This document shows, piece by piece, positions 1-12,600 of a stretch of 59,485 bases of DNA (the stretch's first letter is position 1; the number at the start of each line of letters is the position of its first letter). Below the pieces are notes generated by a model. That model saw nothing but the letters and a program-made list of their open reading frames with translations. It made no database searches and was not told the DNA's origin. This DNA comes from Aplysia californica (Eukaryota): positions 362,587 to 422,071 of the forward strand of contig NW_004797826.1 in the NCBI RefSeq assembly GCF_000002075.1, read 5' to 3'. A program made the position numbers and the translations under genes.

Positions 1-244
1 TATATGATATGATATATGCTAACATTACCTTTGTCGTACATACCGATGGCTTACATACCGGTGTGAGCATAACAATGAAAATTTTCATGAATAAGATCCA
101 CCGTAACTTTCATACATAGTTATAATAATATATATGAATTTGAAAAACAAATTGTATAGGGTTATTTTCAATAGGGCGTCTCAAACCAGGTAAGGCTCAT
201 TATTAAAGGAGCGATATTAGTATGGCATGAATTTCATTTCTTTG

Positions 245-840
245 TGAAATATGTTGCAGCAGTCTTTGGCCAAAATTTGAATTTACTTCTTTTCTGTGAC
301 ATTTTGCAAAAGTGCTCTCTTGTGACCACCGTGCTGACGACAATAATAATATTATGGTCTGAATTGGGATGCCTCATTTAAGTTTAAGAGCGTAATATGT
401 GCTTGTCGATCTAGTGCTGTGAGCTGTGAAGACTGACATGTCAATTCCTGGCATTTCCATCACAGTTTTCATCCATCTGCTCACGGTATCTTTACTGACA
501 GGCTTAAAAGTTTCTGAAAACTAATAAGCAATTTTGAGCAGTTTCTTTGTTCTCTAAGCTGCTTTGTCTTTTCTATGGGTGATTTTATAATATGTACGAC
601 TTTTGTTTTCTGGAAAAGCCACCAGTTCTAGAGGAGTTTGATGCTTTCCTTTCCTGGAATGTTTGAGCAAACTATTGAAATAAAATACACATTTTGAATC
701 AGTTAATTGCATATTATGTTCTGTATCCAGACTGTGTATTGTTTGGCAGCGTTGACCAGGCAAAAAGGCTTGCATTATTATGAGCTTTAGTGTCAATTCT
801 TTCATCGACAATATTTAAATCGGGAACCAGGGATCTAAAA
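245..840 (-). pseudogene. Decayed tyrosine recombinase of a DIRS-type retrotransposon (or Crypton-like element)
   Basis: LSMKELTLKL...GQRCQTIHSLD...LLKHSRKGKH, then in other frames LLISFQK..KPVSKDTVSRWMKTVM..GID.SVFTAHSTRSTST (HxxR box) and ARWSQESTFAK; frameshifts and stops. Confidence 0.8.
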
Positions 841-847
841 TCTAATA

Positions 848-985
848 CGGGGTGCCCACTACGGCTGGATCGGGCCGATCGCCTGACTCGATCGCCTGAA
901 ACTGAAAACAAACACGTTTGTTTTTTAGGCGATCGAGTCGGGCGGTCGGCCCAATCGGCTGATCCCAGCTGTAGTGGGCACCCCG
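848..985. mobile_element. 138-bp palindromic MITE with TA TSD (Tc1/mariner-like)
   Basis: TIR CGGGGTGCCCACTAC / GTAGTGGGCACCCCG with TA on both sides; related degenerate copy at 8233-8351. Confidence 0.88.
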
Positions 986-1214
986 TATAAAAGATTTGTT
1001 GTGGATTATACGTGGATACTCTGCTAGATAAAGGTATTTGAGGTTTGGGGTTGATCATTTTGATCTGACAAATTCAGAAACCTATAATACTCTCTTCGGC
1101 CTATCTCATCCAGAAGACTGGGGTGCTATTTGTCTGAGAATTATACTCTCGGAACTAGTGCCAAGAAGACAATCAGAGGTAACAGGATACTCGATAGTTT
1201 GTGTGTGTGTGTGT

Positions 1215-1705
1215 CAGTGTTCTTTTACGTTACGGTGCTTGCAACTGCATTAGGTCGTACGAGCGCAAGGGACACATTAAACATTTTCAGTTGGAAGGAA
1301 ATTTTGAATTTTGCCAGGGTGGCGGCCGAAGCCTACTCTTATCGATTTTGAACAACCAAGGGATCATTAACGTGCGCCACTTGCACACAGGACCTGAGAG
1401 ATTTTTCACCCTTGTCCGAGAAGGCTAGGTGTAGATATTCCATACCAGAAGATCAGGTGTGTGGCTGAAAGACAGCAGTAAGAAGGGGTCAAGAAGTAGC
1501 AGTAGAAACGCTGAAGAAAGAGTCAGGAGCCAAGAGGAGGTGAGGGGGTGGGGGCAGAAAATGGAGACGACAGAACATTGCTTGAGAGCACGAAAGGAGG
1601 TGAAAGGGAACGATTTAGAGAAGAAAAATTTCCCGTCGTTATCCGGATTCGAACCCGGGACCTATTGAATGAGAGGCGAACACTATACTTTAACCTCAAG
1701 GCCAC
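1215..1705 (-). mobile_element. Interrupted tRNA-derived SINE (Nin/Deu-like central domain)
   Basis: B-box GGTTCGAATCC (minus, about 1644-1654); central gggatcattaacgtgc..acacaggacct..tccga; tail related to the recurrent intronic retroposon. Confidence 0.55.
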
Positions 1706-1875
1706 AAAAGCCCCCAGATACTCGATAAAACTTTTCCTCACACGAGAATCGAACTCACGTCTGCTCTGTGTGAAACACGCTACACCACAGACGCCAGTAT
1801 ACACACAGGGGGGTAGACCGTTCTACTCACATATTATATACATCATGTACATGTACAGAGGTGAAATGATATATG

Positions 1876-2091
1876 TTTAACGCCCCTGTCAACACTGTTA
1901 GGTTATTTAAGAGGCGGCACCTCTGAGTTTCACGTCCATCTCCAAAAGTACCGAGCAAAATGGAAAATTCGGGACAAAAGTGCCTTCCCAAGGACACAAT
2001 ATCGGATTGAAATTGAACTGAGGCTCGAACCCCTGAACCAGCATCTCAAGGTACCGAGTCCAGCAGCCTAACCACAAGGCCACCGATGTCA
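1876..2091 (-). mobile_element. tRNA-derived SINE
   Basis: A box TGGCCTTGTGG, B-box-like GGTTCGAGCC, CORE-like TGTGTCCTTGGGAAGGCACTT. Confidence 0.7.
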
Positions 2092-2094
2092 CCA

Positions 2095-2525
2095 ATGTAG
2101 GGAGGTGTAGATTGATGTATGTGTACATGTAGAGAGGTGTAGACAAATCTACAAATATATGTACATGTAGAGAGGTGTAGACAGATCTACAAATACATGT
2201 ACATGTAGAGTGTAGAGTGGTGCAGACAGATGTACAAATATATGTACATGNNNNNNNNNNNNNNNNNNNNNNNNNNNNNNNNNNNNNNNNNNNNNNNNNN
2301 NNNNNNNNNNNNNNNNNNNNNNNNNNNNNNNNNNNNNNNNNNNNNNNNNNNNNNNNNNNNNNNNNNNNNNNNNNNNNNNNNNNNNNNNNNNNNNNNNNNN
2401 NNNNNNNNNNNNNNNNNNNNNNNNNNNNNNNNNNNNNNNNNNNNNAGATGTACACATATATGTACATGTAGACAGATGTACACATATATGTACATGTAGA
2501 GAGGTGTAGACAGATGTACACATAT
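2095..2525. repeat. Minisatellite (tgtacatgtagagaggtgtagacaga...), partly gapped
   Basis: Tandem units visible on both sides of the N gap. Confidence 0.85.
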
Positions 2526-3499
2526 CGCTACCTCAGGATTACAAAGTTCTATCTGACATTTTCGGCCGTTTTGAGTTATTAAGTCCGTGAGGACAGAAAC
2601 CAAATATTGTGTCTGCTCTATCAAAATCGTAAGATTATCGGGAATAGTTATTTTATTCAAAGAATTTCATTCGAAAAAGCATGACATATTGTGAAACTCA
2701 TAATCTTTTTACGTCAGATTTCTCAAAACTATGTACTGAGCAGGTAGAATGATTTGACGACCGAAATAAAACTTGATACCTTCAAAAGGGGACTCAAAAC
2801 ACATCTATTTAGGAAATATTTTAATTAATGGACATGCAGTACCTTGCTTTTTTGTATGAGCTTTTTTTATTGTCTGAAAGTGAAAGAATGTTGCTGCCAA
2901 AATGTGTGCATATGATGAATTTGTATGGTGTTAGTATGAATGCGTTTTTAATCTCCTATGTACGCCTTGGGCCCATGTTGTGGGGAAAGGCGNNNNNNNN
3001 NNNNNNNNNNNNNNNNNNNNNNNNNNNNNNNNNNNNNNNNNNNNNNNNNNNNNNNNNNNNNNNNNNNNNNNNNNNNNNNNNNNNNNNNNNNNNNNNNNNN
3101 NNNNNNNNNNNNNNNNNNNNNNNNNNNNNNNNNNNNNNNNNNNAGCGATATATTAGGCCTACATGGGGTGGAGACAAGGTCAACTACAGAGGAGTCCGCT
3201 TAAACAGAAATGTGCAGGACCGCCAGATGCTCTCCGGTTTAACACGAGAAATATTCAGGGCAAAAAATACGATGTTTGGCAAAAATTATTGATTTTTATC
3301 TTTATATCGGATTGGCTACTTCAACGTATTGGGTATAGATCTGACGTGTTACTTTTACCAAGAACCCATTTTTGAAACACGCTGCCAATCATTTTAGTAG
3401 GTACCCCCTTTCAAATTACGTGCAAATTTTAGAAGTAAAGAAAACTTTTGCTTAGTTGATCCATTAATTTTCTACCCTGACAACCAAAACAATCCCGTA

Positions 3500-3810
3500 G
3501 ATCTTCTGCTAACGAGTTCAGCGCGGAAGTCAGACTGAACCACAGAATTCTACACTTACTTTCGTCGAGTCAAGGACACACGCTTCGGTTTATTCATAGC
3601 TCCAACGTTTTTCCCCCATTAGCCTAGCCCAGAACGCTTTCAATCCCAGGATGCAACATCTCCGCGTGTTTTGTCACCAGCGCACAACACATCTCCGAAT
3701 CTCCGGGTTTTCGTAAGATTACCGTAAGCTTCTGTCATTTGAAAAAGGGGAAGAACAACTGAAATTCTTCAGCTTTGACAATGTTTCAATTCATATACTA
3801 TGCAGGTAAG
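3500..3810. promoter_or_regulatory. Candidate bidirectional promoter / divergent first exons
   Basis: CpG-rich; ETS-like CGGAAGT at about 3524; outward-facing donors AAA|gtaagt (minus, 3559) and CAG|gtaaga (plus, 3806). Confidence 0.4.
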
Positions 3811-6632
3811 AGCATATTTCATTCACTGGTGTTTTGTCTTGAACTTGTATAGCCTAATACGATCGTAAGTCGTAATATCAGCTGCTTGTTGACCTACGAC
3901 TACGAGGTCTTCTAAGTTAATGCGAGTCTAGATCTAGTAATGGCCTACTAGAATTAGGATTAGACTAATCGGATTAGCACACACTACTGGGACTGGCTTG
4001 TTTTACGAACAGCATTGGCAATATTCAGTACTTCATTTCATGAGCTGAATGTTTGAATTACTTTTAGTTTAGGGAGAACTGATGAGGAGTATAATAAGCA
4101 AGTTTTGGAATGGAGGTGTGTGCATTTTCGGAACAAGTTGCCTTGTCACGGGCGAAAGCTGTGAGTGTGTGGACCACTTGCAAAGCCACATGAGCTTTGA
4201 CCTGCTTTGACATTTTATCGATCGACTGACCTAGTAGAACAGACAGGATTTTAACCACATAATGCCACATATTATGCATTCCCTCACTTTTACAGTCTTC
4301 AGTGTTCGGGCATAATTCTCTTTTCTCTATGACTTGACGTTGCTCTAGTCCAGTTTGAAGTTTCCGGTTTTCCTTCAATTGTTTTCGTATTGAGATCTAG
4401 ATTCTAGCTATCACTGGGGCGGGGAAAAAATAAATTTAAAAATAAAAGCTGAAAATCTTCCGTTCCGGACTTTAGACACAAGTGGATAAGATTATGTCTC
4501 ATTAACTTGTCGTGTGCTCTGTTTTCAACTTATATCAAATTACAAGTGTGTTAATTAAACTGCTGCTCATCTGGGTTAGATCATGAATATATAGATCTAT
4601 GTGATTACAAGTTTTATTTGGCCGTGCTTTAAAATCTTATACAGTAATTCAATGGTAACATTCAGCATTTATTTGTAATGTGGTCTTATATTGAACTATA
4701 TGTGTGGCGTTCAGACAAAATGAGTTACTTCTCGCAATCCACAAATGGAGATATTGGCAAAAAATCAACACCGAGGTCAAATTAGTAGTTCTTTTATTGA
4801 TGCTCAATTTTTTTATATACAATATGCCTCTTTTTATTTCATACTTATAAATTGTAAAACTTCACTTATAAACATGATGTTTCTATTTCCATAAGGCTTG
4901 AATCAGAGAAGTAACTCATTTTGTCAGCACACTTCACATATTTTAATTTACTCCCTTACACCACAATTCATGGTAATCGCACCCAATTCCTTCTATTCTT
5001 ACTGTTTTGTGTTTTTTTCGGGAGAGGAGGGAAGGGGGGGGGGGAGGGGGGCATTCAAATTAATAGCAAAAACGATGTACAAGAAATATGTAGATATACC
5101 TAATTAATATTTTGTAATGAGTGCTCTCAGTTTTCTTGAGGTACTCTAACATTGGTGCCATTAGGATAAATTATACGTAGTACTAGTAGTGATTTGTTGC
5201 CAAATACTTTTCTCTCTAGCTGGTTGGGTTTTTTTTGGTTTTGTTTTACCAACAAATTGGTAATTCACTAATCCGCTTGTGTATTTTCCCAGCTTTTCTA
5301 ATCTGTGAAGGCCCAGCTTACAACTGATAAGTGACTGACTCATGACTGTAAATCCTCAAGCCTGAATGTCGGGTCAACTAGTGGCCCATCTTGGTAAAGA
5401 GAGCGAAGGTGTCATAGGGGTTGCTCACTCTAATACAAGATGAGGAACACCTCACTCATTGGTGATGGAGATTCAAAATCATTCCCACTGTATTAGTCCT
5501 CAACCCCTATGATTTCATACTCACAAGGAGGTGGTGTGTGTCAACCATGTGGCAAAAAAGTAAGTCAAAATTGATTGTGATTCTTACGTGTCATGATAAA
5601 TCAGAGTGATTTATTTCAGATGCCCGATGTCTCTCTCAGAAAAATGTATCACTTCTACTTAGGCTATACTTATAGAGTGATTAGCTCATTGAAAACAATG
5701 TCTTATTCAATTTAAGTGAAGAGAAGTAAAGGGCAAACAATAACTGCACTTTTATTGATACTGATCTCATTCAGATTACATTCAGATTACAGATTAGGCC
5801 TAGTATTAGTGTGAGAGATAATGCACCCCTTTCCCTCCATTTAAACCTATTTATGCTCATCAACTGTGCTTCAACTCTTTTGTCAGCAGCTGACACAAGT
5901 AAAAGTACTGTGATTGAAAATGTAATAATAGATCTAGTTTGATGATAGAAATTTGCATGTTTGGCTTTGTTTTCATTACTGTTGAACTTTGTAAGCCTGT
6001 CACTGGTGATTTTGTTAGCTTGAAAAAATTACTTCCAAGAATGAGAGAATGGTTCTATAAATGAAACCTGTTTTGTATGTCATATCATTTCAGTCTCACC
6101 TCTGTACTTTGCGAAATCTGGGAGCCATCGAGAAAAAGAGAGGTGTAGCGCTTGGAGAGAGAGATTTTGGTGCACTGACTCAGGTACCGTATTTGAGGAT
6201 AAGAAATTTCACTTGACTATCCCCTATTTTTCAAAGTCCCATCAATCAACAATTATTGCGCTATTCCCCACAAGCAAAACTTAGCCTGTTTGTGACTTAA
6301 GATATGATGGATGTTTGTTCATTTTTTTTTTAGTGGAGAAGGAAGCAATCTGGGACCTACGGTGCTTGTCATGCCTTGTGAAGCACGAGGACCATGATGA
6401 TGAACGCTGTTCATCATATTTTGCATTTGGCATACTGCTTCATAACATGTATTTCATAAAACTAATTGCAGATTCACATTCAGCCACATTTTGGGGATAT
6501 TTTCAGAAATGTTTTTTTCCTTTTAGAGATACATGTAGTAGAATTTATAAACTGAGTCTAATCATATATGCAACCAACCGCTTATCTAGCGCTACTCTTT
6601 GTCCCTGGAGATCAAAATCAACAACTGTCTGA
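3781..6632 (+). other. Candidate small spliced + strand transcript (lncRNA or about 137-aa ORF; exons 3781-3805, 6094-6183, 6334-6632)
   Basis: Canonical GT-AG sites; frame stays open across the junctions; no recognisable domain. Confidence 0.25.
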
Positions 6633-8014
6633 TGGAGCACAAACTGACACTGTGTAAAGAAGGGGTTCATGCATTCACTCACTCTCAGACTCACAGAAGT
6701 GTGTCAGTGTAGAAAGGGAGATTATCATTATCACTAGGCCCTAGGCTAGGCGTACACAGTTGCTGAGTCGCCGGTGTGTAGTGTGCACTGTATGTAGACT
6801 GTGACACAGCACCTCTGGTGGTCAAGAGTGAAGGGGTTGTGGGGAAAATTAACATTAGTAGGCTACATTTCAGGTAGGGGGCAAATAGTAGCCTATGTTT
6901 ATAGAGGCATTCCTTTTTGTGCTTTGGCAAAACCTGGTGGAAAGCTGGGTTAGTGAAACAGGTGGCAGTTTTGCAGGGTTTGAGTGTATATATTCTGCTT
7001 TCTTGTCCTTTTGGGGTTTTTTGTTAAAAATGAAATTGGACTATTATCAGCTGAATTCTTGTGCTTGGGATCTGCATAAATAACTCCCTGCTGCTTAGAG
7101 TGTTAAATGGGTTTTTAGTCTGCAATTACAATTTTGCCATTGAATGCGTTGCCAGCTTCTGTCTGCAGAGGATAATACCAACACCTAAATCCTTATTCTT
7201 ATGGGTTTTTTCCAGGTTTTTTTCTCTTCTTTTCTTTCCAACCAGGAGAAGATTGGATGTCTCCAGTCCTATTACACAAAACCTCTGAGGTTGTTCAACT
7301 CTTTCCACTGCTAATGTAAGAAGCAGTTGTGGCCACGTTGCTGCACAGCACCGGCACAGATGGAGACCACATCATGACAGATGCCCACCTACTGGTGAAA
7401 ACAACTGGTGCTTTTACAGTACATGTATAACACAGACAGGTCAAACACAGAAGACTCAAAATCACGCATCCGTAGAACTGTGCCTGCGGTCCCGTTTTTT
7501 TTTCCCCCCTTCTTTATCTTTTAAAGATATCCTTCGAACTACAGATCCCTAGGACTATGGATGCCTCAAACTACCGAGGCCAGTCCCAACGAATTTATGC
7601 TATCTGTATTATACTGTACTTTTACAAAAGGCATTACAGCCAAAGAAGCACAGCACCATCACACAAGGGAAGGCTTTCTACCCACCTCAAACCCCCTCAT
7701 TTATGAAGCCTGTGCACCACAGATGAGCTAATGGAGATCAAGTATGTGCCTGTGTCCTGGCATGACACTAAAATAGAATGGGGGTTTCCATATATATATA
7801 TGCTCACGGCTGGTTGAAGGGCCCTAAGACGGTCTTTGTGACCAATCCAAGAGTAGAAGTAGCTTTTGCTATCACTACTGCACACTGGAATTTGGGGGCC
7901 CTTTGCACCCAGACGTTTATGCCAGTTCTTAAATTGCAGGTCTCAGCCCAAACCATGGACAGTGACATCAAAAGGGACTGTACCAAAATTTAGAGGGCAG
8001 AGACTGCCATAGAG

Positions 8015-9653
8015 CTGTCCTCAGAGAAATTCGCGCGCGCAACCCGCAAGTTGCACGCGCAACTTTTGCCCTCAGCTCAACTTTTGCGCAACTTTTACCA
8101 TTTTCATGAATTCGCGAATTTTAGCCAATTTCCTGCAAAATTCGGGAAAATAATAATAAATTGTCATTAAAAACACCGAAATTTTCTTCCGCGGCTAAAA
8201 ATGATAGGGGGTGACAATTCGCTCCTTTGCACTACGGGGTGCCCGCCGCCGCCGCCCAGTGACCCGGGCCAGGTCAGGTCGGGTCAGGATGATCGCCCGA
8301 CTTGTCGCCTGAAAACAACGTGTTTGTTTTGAAACGAGTCGGGCGCGATCGACTTATGCCATGATAGCCGCTTTGCATCATAATCTGGCGAGCAAACCGA
8401 CCCAATAGTCTTGTTTGTACTGAATCATCTTCTAGTCTAGCAGCTAGATCTAGAATCTAGATCTAGAGTAAATCAATCGTAAACACGGTCGTCTGATTAC
8501 TTAGCTTGCTTCATGAATGGTTCCGTAGCGACAGGTAGATAGATCTAGATCTAGATCTAGTATAAAAAATTTGTGAAAGACTTTAAATCTTAGGCTAGGA
8601 GGCTAATCTAGACATGGATCGATTCATCCAGAAAACTCCTAAAGGGGACGTTCAAATAATATCTTACGCCTGGAAAAAAAAAGGGGGGAGGGGTTGGCTC
8701 CTGTACTGTAAAAGTTAAGTGTAAGAGGGGGGGGGGGGGGGAGACCAATGTAAAATTACACTTTTGTAAGGTGAAAAAATAATCAAGGAAAATATAATTT
8801 ATTTCAACATAATTTTAAAAAATAATAAAAGCAAGCATAAAAAGAGAGTAACTATAATACACTATTCACTTAGAGTAAGTTCGAGCGGTAATTAAGCACT
8901 GCATAATTGTGGCGATACAGTGGACCTTGAGCGGCAAGCACGATATATGTATATATATATGTCAACTCGCACTTTATACACTGGTAGATATCTGGGCTAC
9001 ATAACAATTGACATGTAGATCTAGTCTAATTTTGATTACACCGGTGCGGTTAAAGTGGTAAAATGACAACGTACGTTTTTCTGGAAAAGTTCCGCTTGAA
9101 GCGTATTTAATTATTATGACACATGTGTGTAGATCTATTCATGTTTTTCATGAATACTATACTATAATTAATCATTTAAAAGTAAAGCGCATAGAAGAGT
9201 GATAGTAACACTGATTTGCGCAATATAAATGTCATATTATTATTTTAAGCGAATAACGTAATATTACGGGATTGAGGGGGGGGGGGGGGAAGTGTTAAAA
9301 AAAGTAAGATTATATTTGAACAGCCCCAAAACCACACTGGTCACACCTGCCCAACGTCAGCGAGCGTTTAAGGATCTGACGCATGTGTCAGGGGACAAAC
9401 TGTTTTTGTACACCATGCAACCTCCATGCAGTTTTGTTTTTGTTTTTTTGGTAGACATTCACATTTAACTTCTGATTTTGATCAAACAAGACTCATATTG
9501 GTTACTTTTGATTGCAATGAGCATAGTAACAATGTATTCCAATAGTTCCGTGGCATTGTTTTAGCTATACACGTCTTGCAACTTTTCTTGCAACTTTTGC
9601 TAATTTTTCTTGCAACTTTTGCTATTTTCAAATGCAACTTTCTCTGAGGACAG
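8015..9653. mobile_element. Non-autonomous DNA transposon, 15-bp TIR, 6-bp flanking direct repeat ATAGAG
   Basis: CTGTCCTCAGAGAAA (8015-8029) / TTTCTCTGAGGACAG (9639-9653); ATAGAG at 8009-8014 and 9654-9659; subterminal gcaactttt repeats. Confidence 0.8.
8644..9327. mobile_element. Nested MITE (PIF/Harbinger-like GGGG termini, 3-bp AAA flanks)
   Basis: GGGGACGTTCAAATAATATCTTAC versus reverse complement GGGGCTGTTCAAATATAATCTTAC. Confidence 0.7.
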
Positions 9654-12600
9654 ATAGAGGGAGTAGCTTAGAAAAACAGGAAAGGAACCATCTTTTAGAG
9701 TAGGAAAATTGGACTGGCAGACGTCTCTACTGCCCAGGAAGAGGGACTGATTAGGAATAAAGAAGTCCTGCAATTTATGGCTCTGTTTTCCTCTTTGGCA
9801 ACTTAAAGTTGCATGTTTTTGACAAATTTCCCTATATTTCTTCTTTTCAGTTAATACTACCACTAAATTGACCTCTCTGTTGCATGACTACCTACTGTAT
9901 TTTTGGGTGACTTTTTCTTAAAATTAGATATAAAAGAATTGGGTACATTGACAAATGATTAATTGTCTTTATACAATTCAATTCATGCTCCTATCTGTTT
10001 TGGTTAGAAAGTTATCACAAAATCTGTACGTTTTTTCAAGTTTTCTCAAAACGACAAAAATTAAGGGGTATGGGTTGCGGCCCGGACTCTCATTTAAAAC
10101 TCAAGGGGAGGATTTCTTTTATATTTGGTTTAACTATGTAAAAATGAATTTTCTGTAATCCTAAATGGGCTTTTTCATATATATATATATCTCTTACCGA
10201 TTTTGAAAAATACAGTTTCGAGTGCTTCAGTTGATGTGAAAATGCGAAAAGTAACAGAGTCAAGCAATAGCTATGACATTATCCTCAATATCTCTTTAGA
10301 GGTTTCAAGTATCAAAACAAGCCCATTTAAGATCACAGATTTTATTGTTAGTGTGCTTATGGGAAAATATAAGCACTTTAGTCAATAAACTGATTAAACG
10401 AGAGCGCGGGCCGGATTGAGTCAAAATTGCTTCTGTACCCCAAAAACTTCAAATAGTTTCAAATTCCTTAAAGAAAGATTACATTTTGCTATTTGAATTT
10501 AATTTTGAACTCCTGGAGTATTTTATGATCACTCTGAATGATGCTGGTATGTGTTAATAACAAAGTTAGAAATATTAACTGCCACCTACCCTTAACTGAG
10601 TTTTCGATTTAGAGAGCTTGCTCAAATGGATGGGGAAAAAATCTGGGATATTGTTTTCTTTGGGTTAACCGCTGTGTTCGGATTAACCGAGTTTAGATTA
10701 AGCGGATTCTACTTTTGTCGTGGCTGCTATTATGGAAAAAAAAAAAGAAAAGAAATAAAATTTGGAGGAAACAAACAAATAACAAATGAAACGCAAGACT
10801 GTTGTACCTTTAATACGTAATTTAATGCACCAAGACAGTTGGTTGTGTACATGCCAGTCACACGCTTGAAGCTATCAGCAGTCACGCCAGTTCAATGTCT
10901 CTCTCGCTCATCTGCTGAGTGCCACGGACAAATACCCGAAAAAAACAGATCTGCTCTCAGACCACAAACACAAACATGTTGTGGGAGGTAGGAGGGTGTA
11001 TCTGGTACGGGTAAACTTTTACTTTCACGCCCTCACACAGATGCACTGCTTCGGGGGTCAACCTGCACACTGTTTGCTGCAGATCACACACATATAGCCG
11101 CTAAAACTGTCGCAAATCAATTATTTTCAAGAACATTAATTCAAACCTAACTGCAAAATATCAAATTATGGGTTAAAACTATCAACCCAAACCCCCACGA
11201 TTTTATCTTTACTTCAAGCTGAACCCCCCTCCCGATTGGTCCAAAGCGCACAAATTACTACGCGGTTAGGCTTAGTGAGATATAGCTCGATTAAAAAGAA
11301 TCACATATTTCAAAAACTATTAATTTATGACGGATATAAAGTCGATATTCGTGTTCAGCACAACAATGTACAGTTAGAAATGGACAACTGGTAGCTATAA
11401 GTGGGAGACGGGAGGGAAAGTAAAAGAATATCCTGGTACGTCCTACTTCTTCTTTCCTTCTCTGTGTGGTAATGTCTCATGTTACCCACTCCTCCCTCTA
11501 TCCCCGACACAATGATCATTTAAAGGACCCTACCTCTTTGCTTCCNNNNNNNNNNNNNNNNNNNNNNNNNNNNNNNNNNNNNNNNNNNNNNNNNNNNNNN
11601 NNNNNNNNNNNNNNNNNNNNNNNNNNNNNNNNNNNNNNNNNNNNNCCCCCCCCCCCCCCCCCCCCACCGCATGAGCTTAAACATCAGGAGGGTGCCACTG
11701 GAAGGTCCAACTTTTTAAAAAATTTCCCTCTGACCGTACTGTCTTTCTATTAGATTATAGATATATAGATATATCATAATCAAATTCAGGGGCAAAGAAA
11801 CAACCCAGAGTAGGAGACAAGTTATTTTGTCCCTGCTCACAATGAAATAATCTCCATTATTATCAAATGTCTGGGAAAGAAAAAGTCATTACATTCACAT
11901 TACACAACATTCCAAGTCCTTCATCCAAGTACTTTTAGGTCTTCCTTTCTACTTTCTCTTTCCGGGTGGATATCCATCTTAAGGTTACAAAAGATTGTAA
12001 TTAATTCTTCAACACACAGCGTCCACCTGGATTCTTCAACTTTTCAAGTAGACTCGCCCTGACGGGCAGACTCATGTCTCATGGGGTAGTTGTCCGTGGC
12101 CCAGCCCCTCACACACTCGTGAATGGAAGGTTAATTATAGTATAGAGGGATATGTGCATGACACATGCAGCACTGGTGACGGATGGGAGGGAGGGGAGGT
12201 AGGAAGGGAGAGAGGAGGGTGGAGGGGGGGGGGGGGGGGAATAAGTGTGTGCCATTGTGCTGGTGAGTAGTAAGAGACGCTCAGAGTGAGATGCTTTTAC
12301 AATGGGTCGATAGAAAAATGTAACTTATGGTGGTTGATAGAGAATTATTGGTTGTAAATATAATATGCTTTTAAAGCCCCCCATCTCCCACCCACCCCTC
12401 TTCCCGATTTAGATAAAAACAAGGAAACAGGCAGCTTCAAGGCCGACCCGATCCGAGTGGGTAATGGCAACACAGCACAGACGCATTTACACTTTCACTG
12501 CTTTTTTTTTTTCCTAAAGCAAAACAAAACAAATTGTCCAAGACTTATAAAAAACGTAAAAATAAAAACCTCTACAAATACCTCCACCCCCCCTAAACAA

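Noticed and set aside
4079-4160. CTGATGA...CGAAA as a hammerhead ribozyme
   Set aside because: I could not form stem II or the flanking helices around the core.
6392-6634. C/D-box snoRNA (ATGATGA...CTGA with a CCA/TGG stem)
   Set aside because: About 240 nt, only a 3-bp stem, and no recognisable rRNA or snRNA guide or U3 boxes; likely chance.
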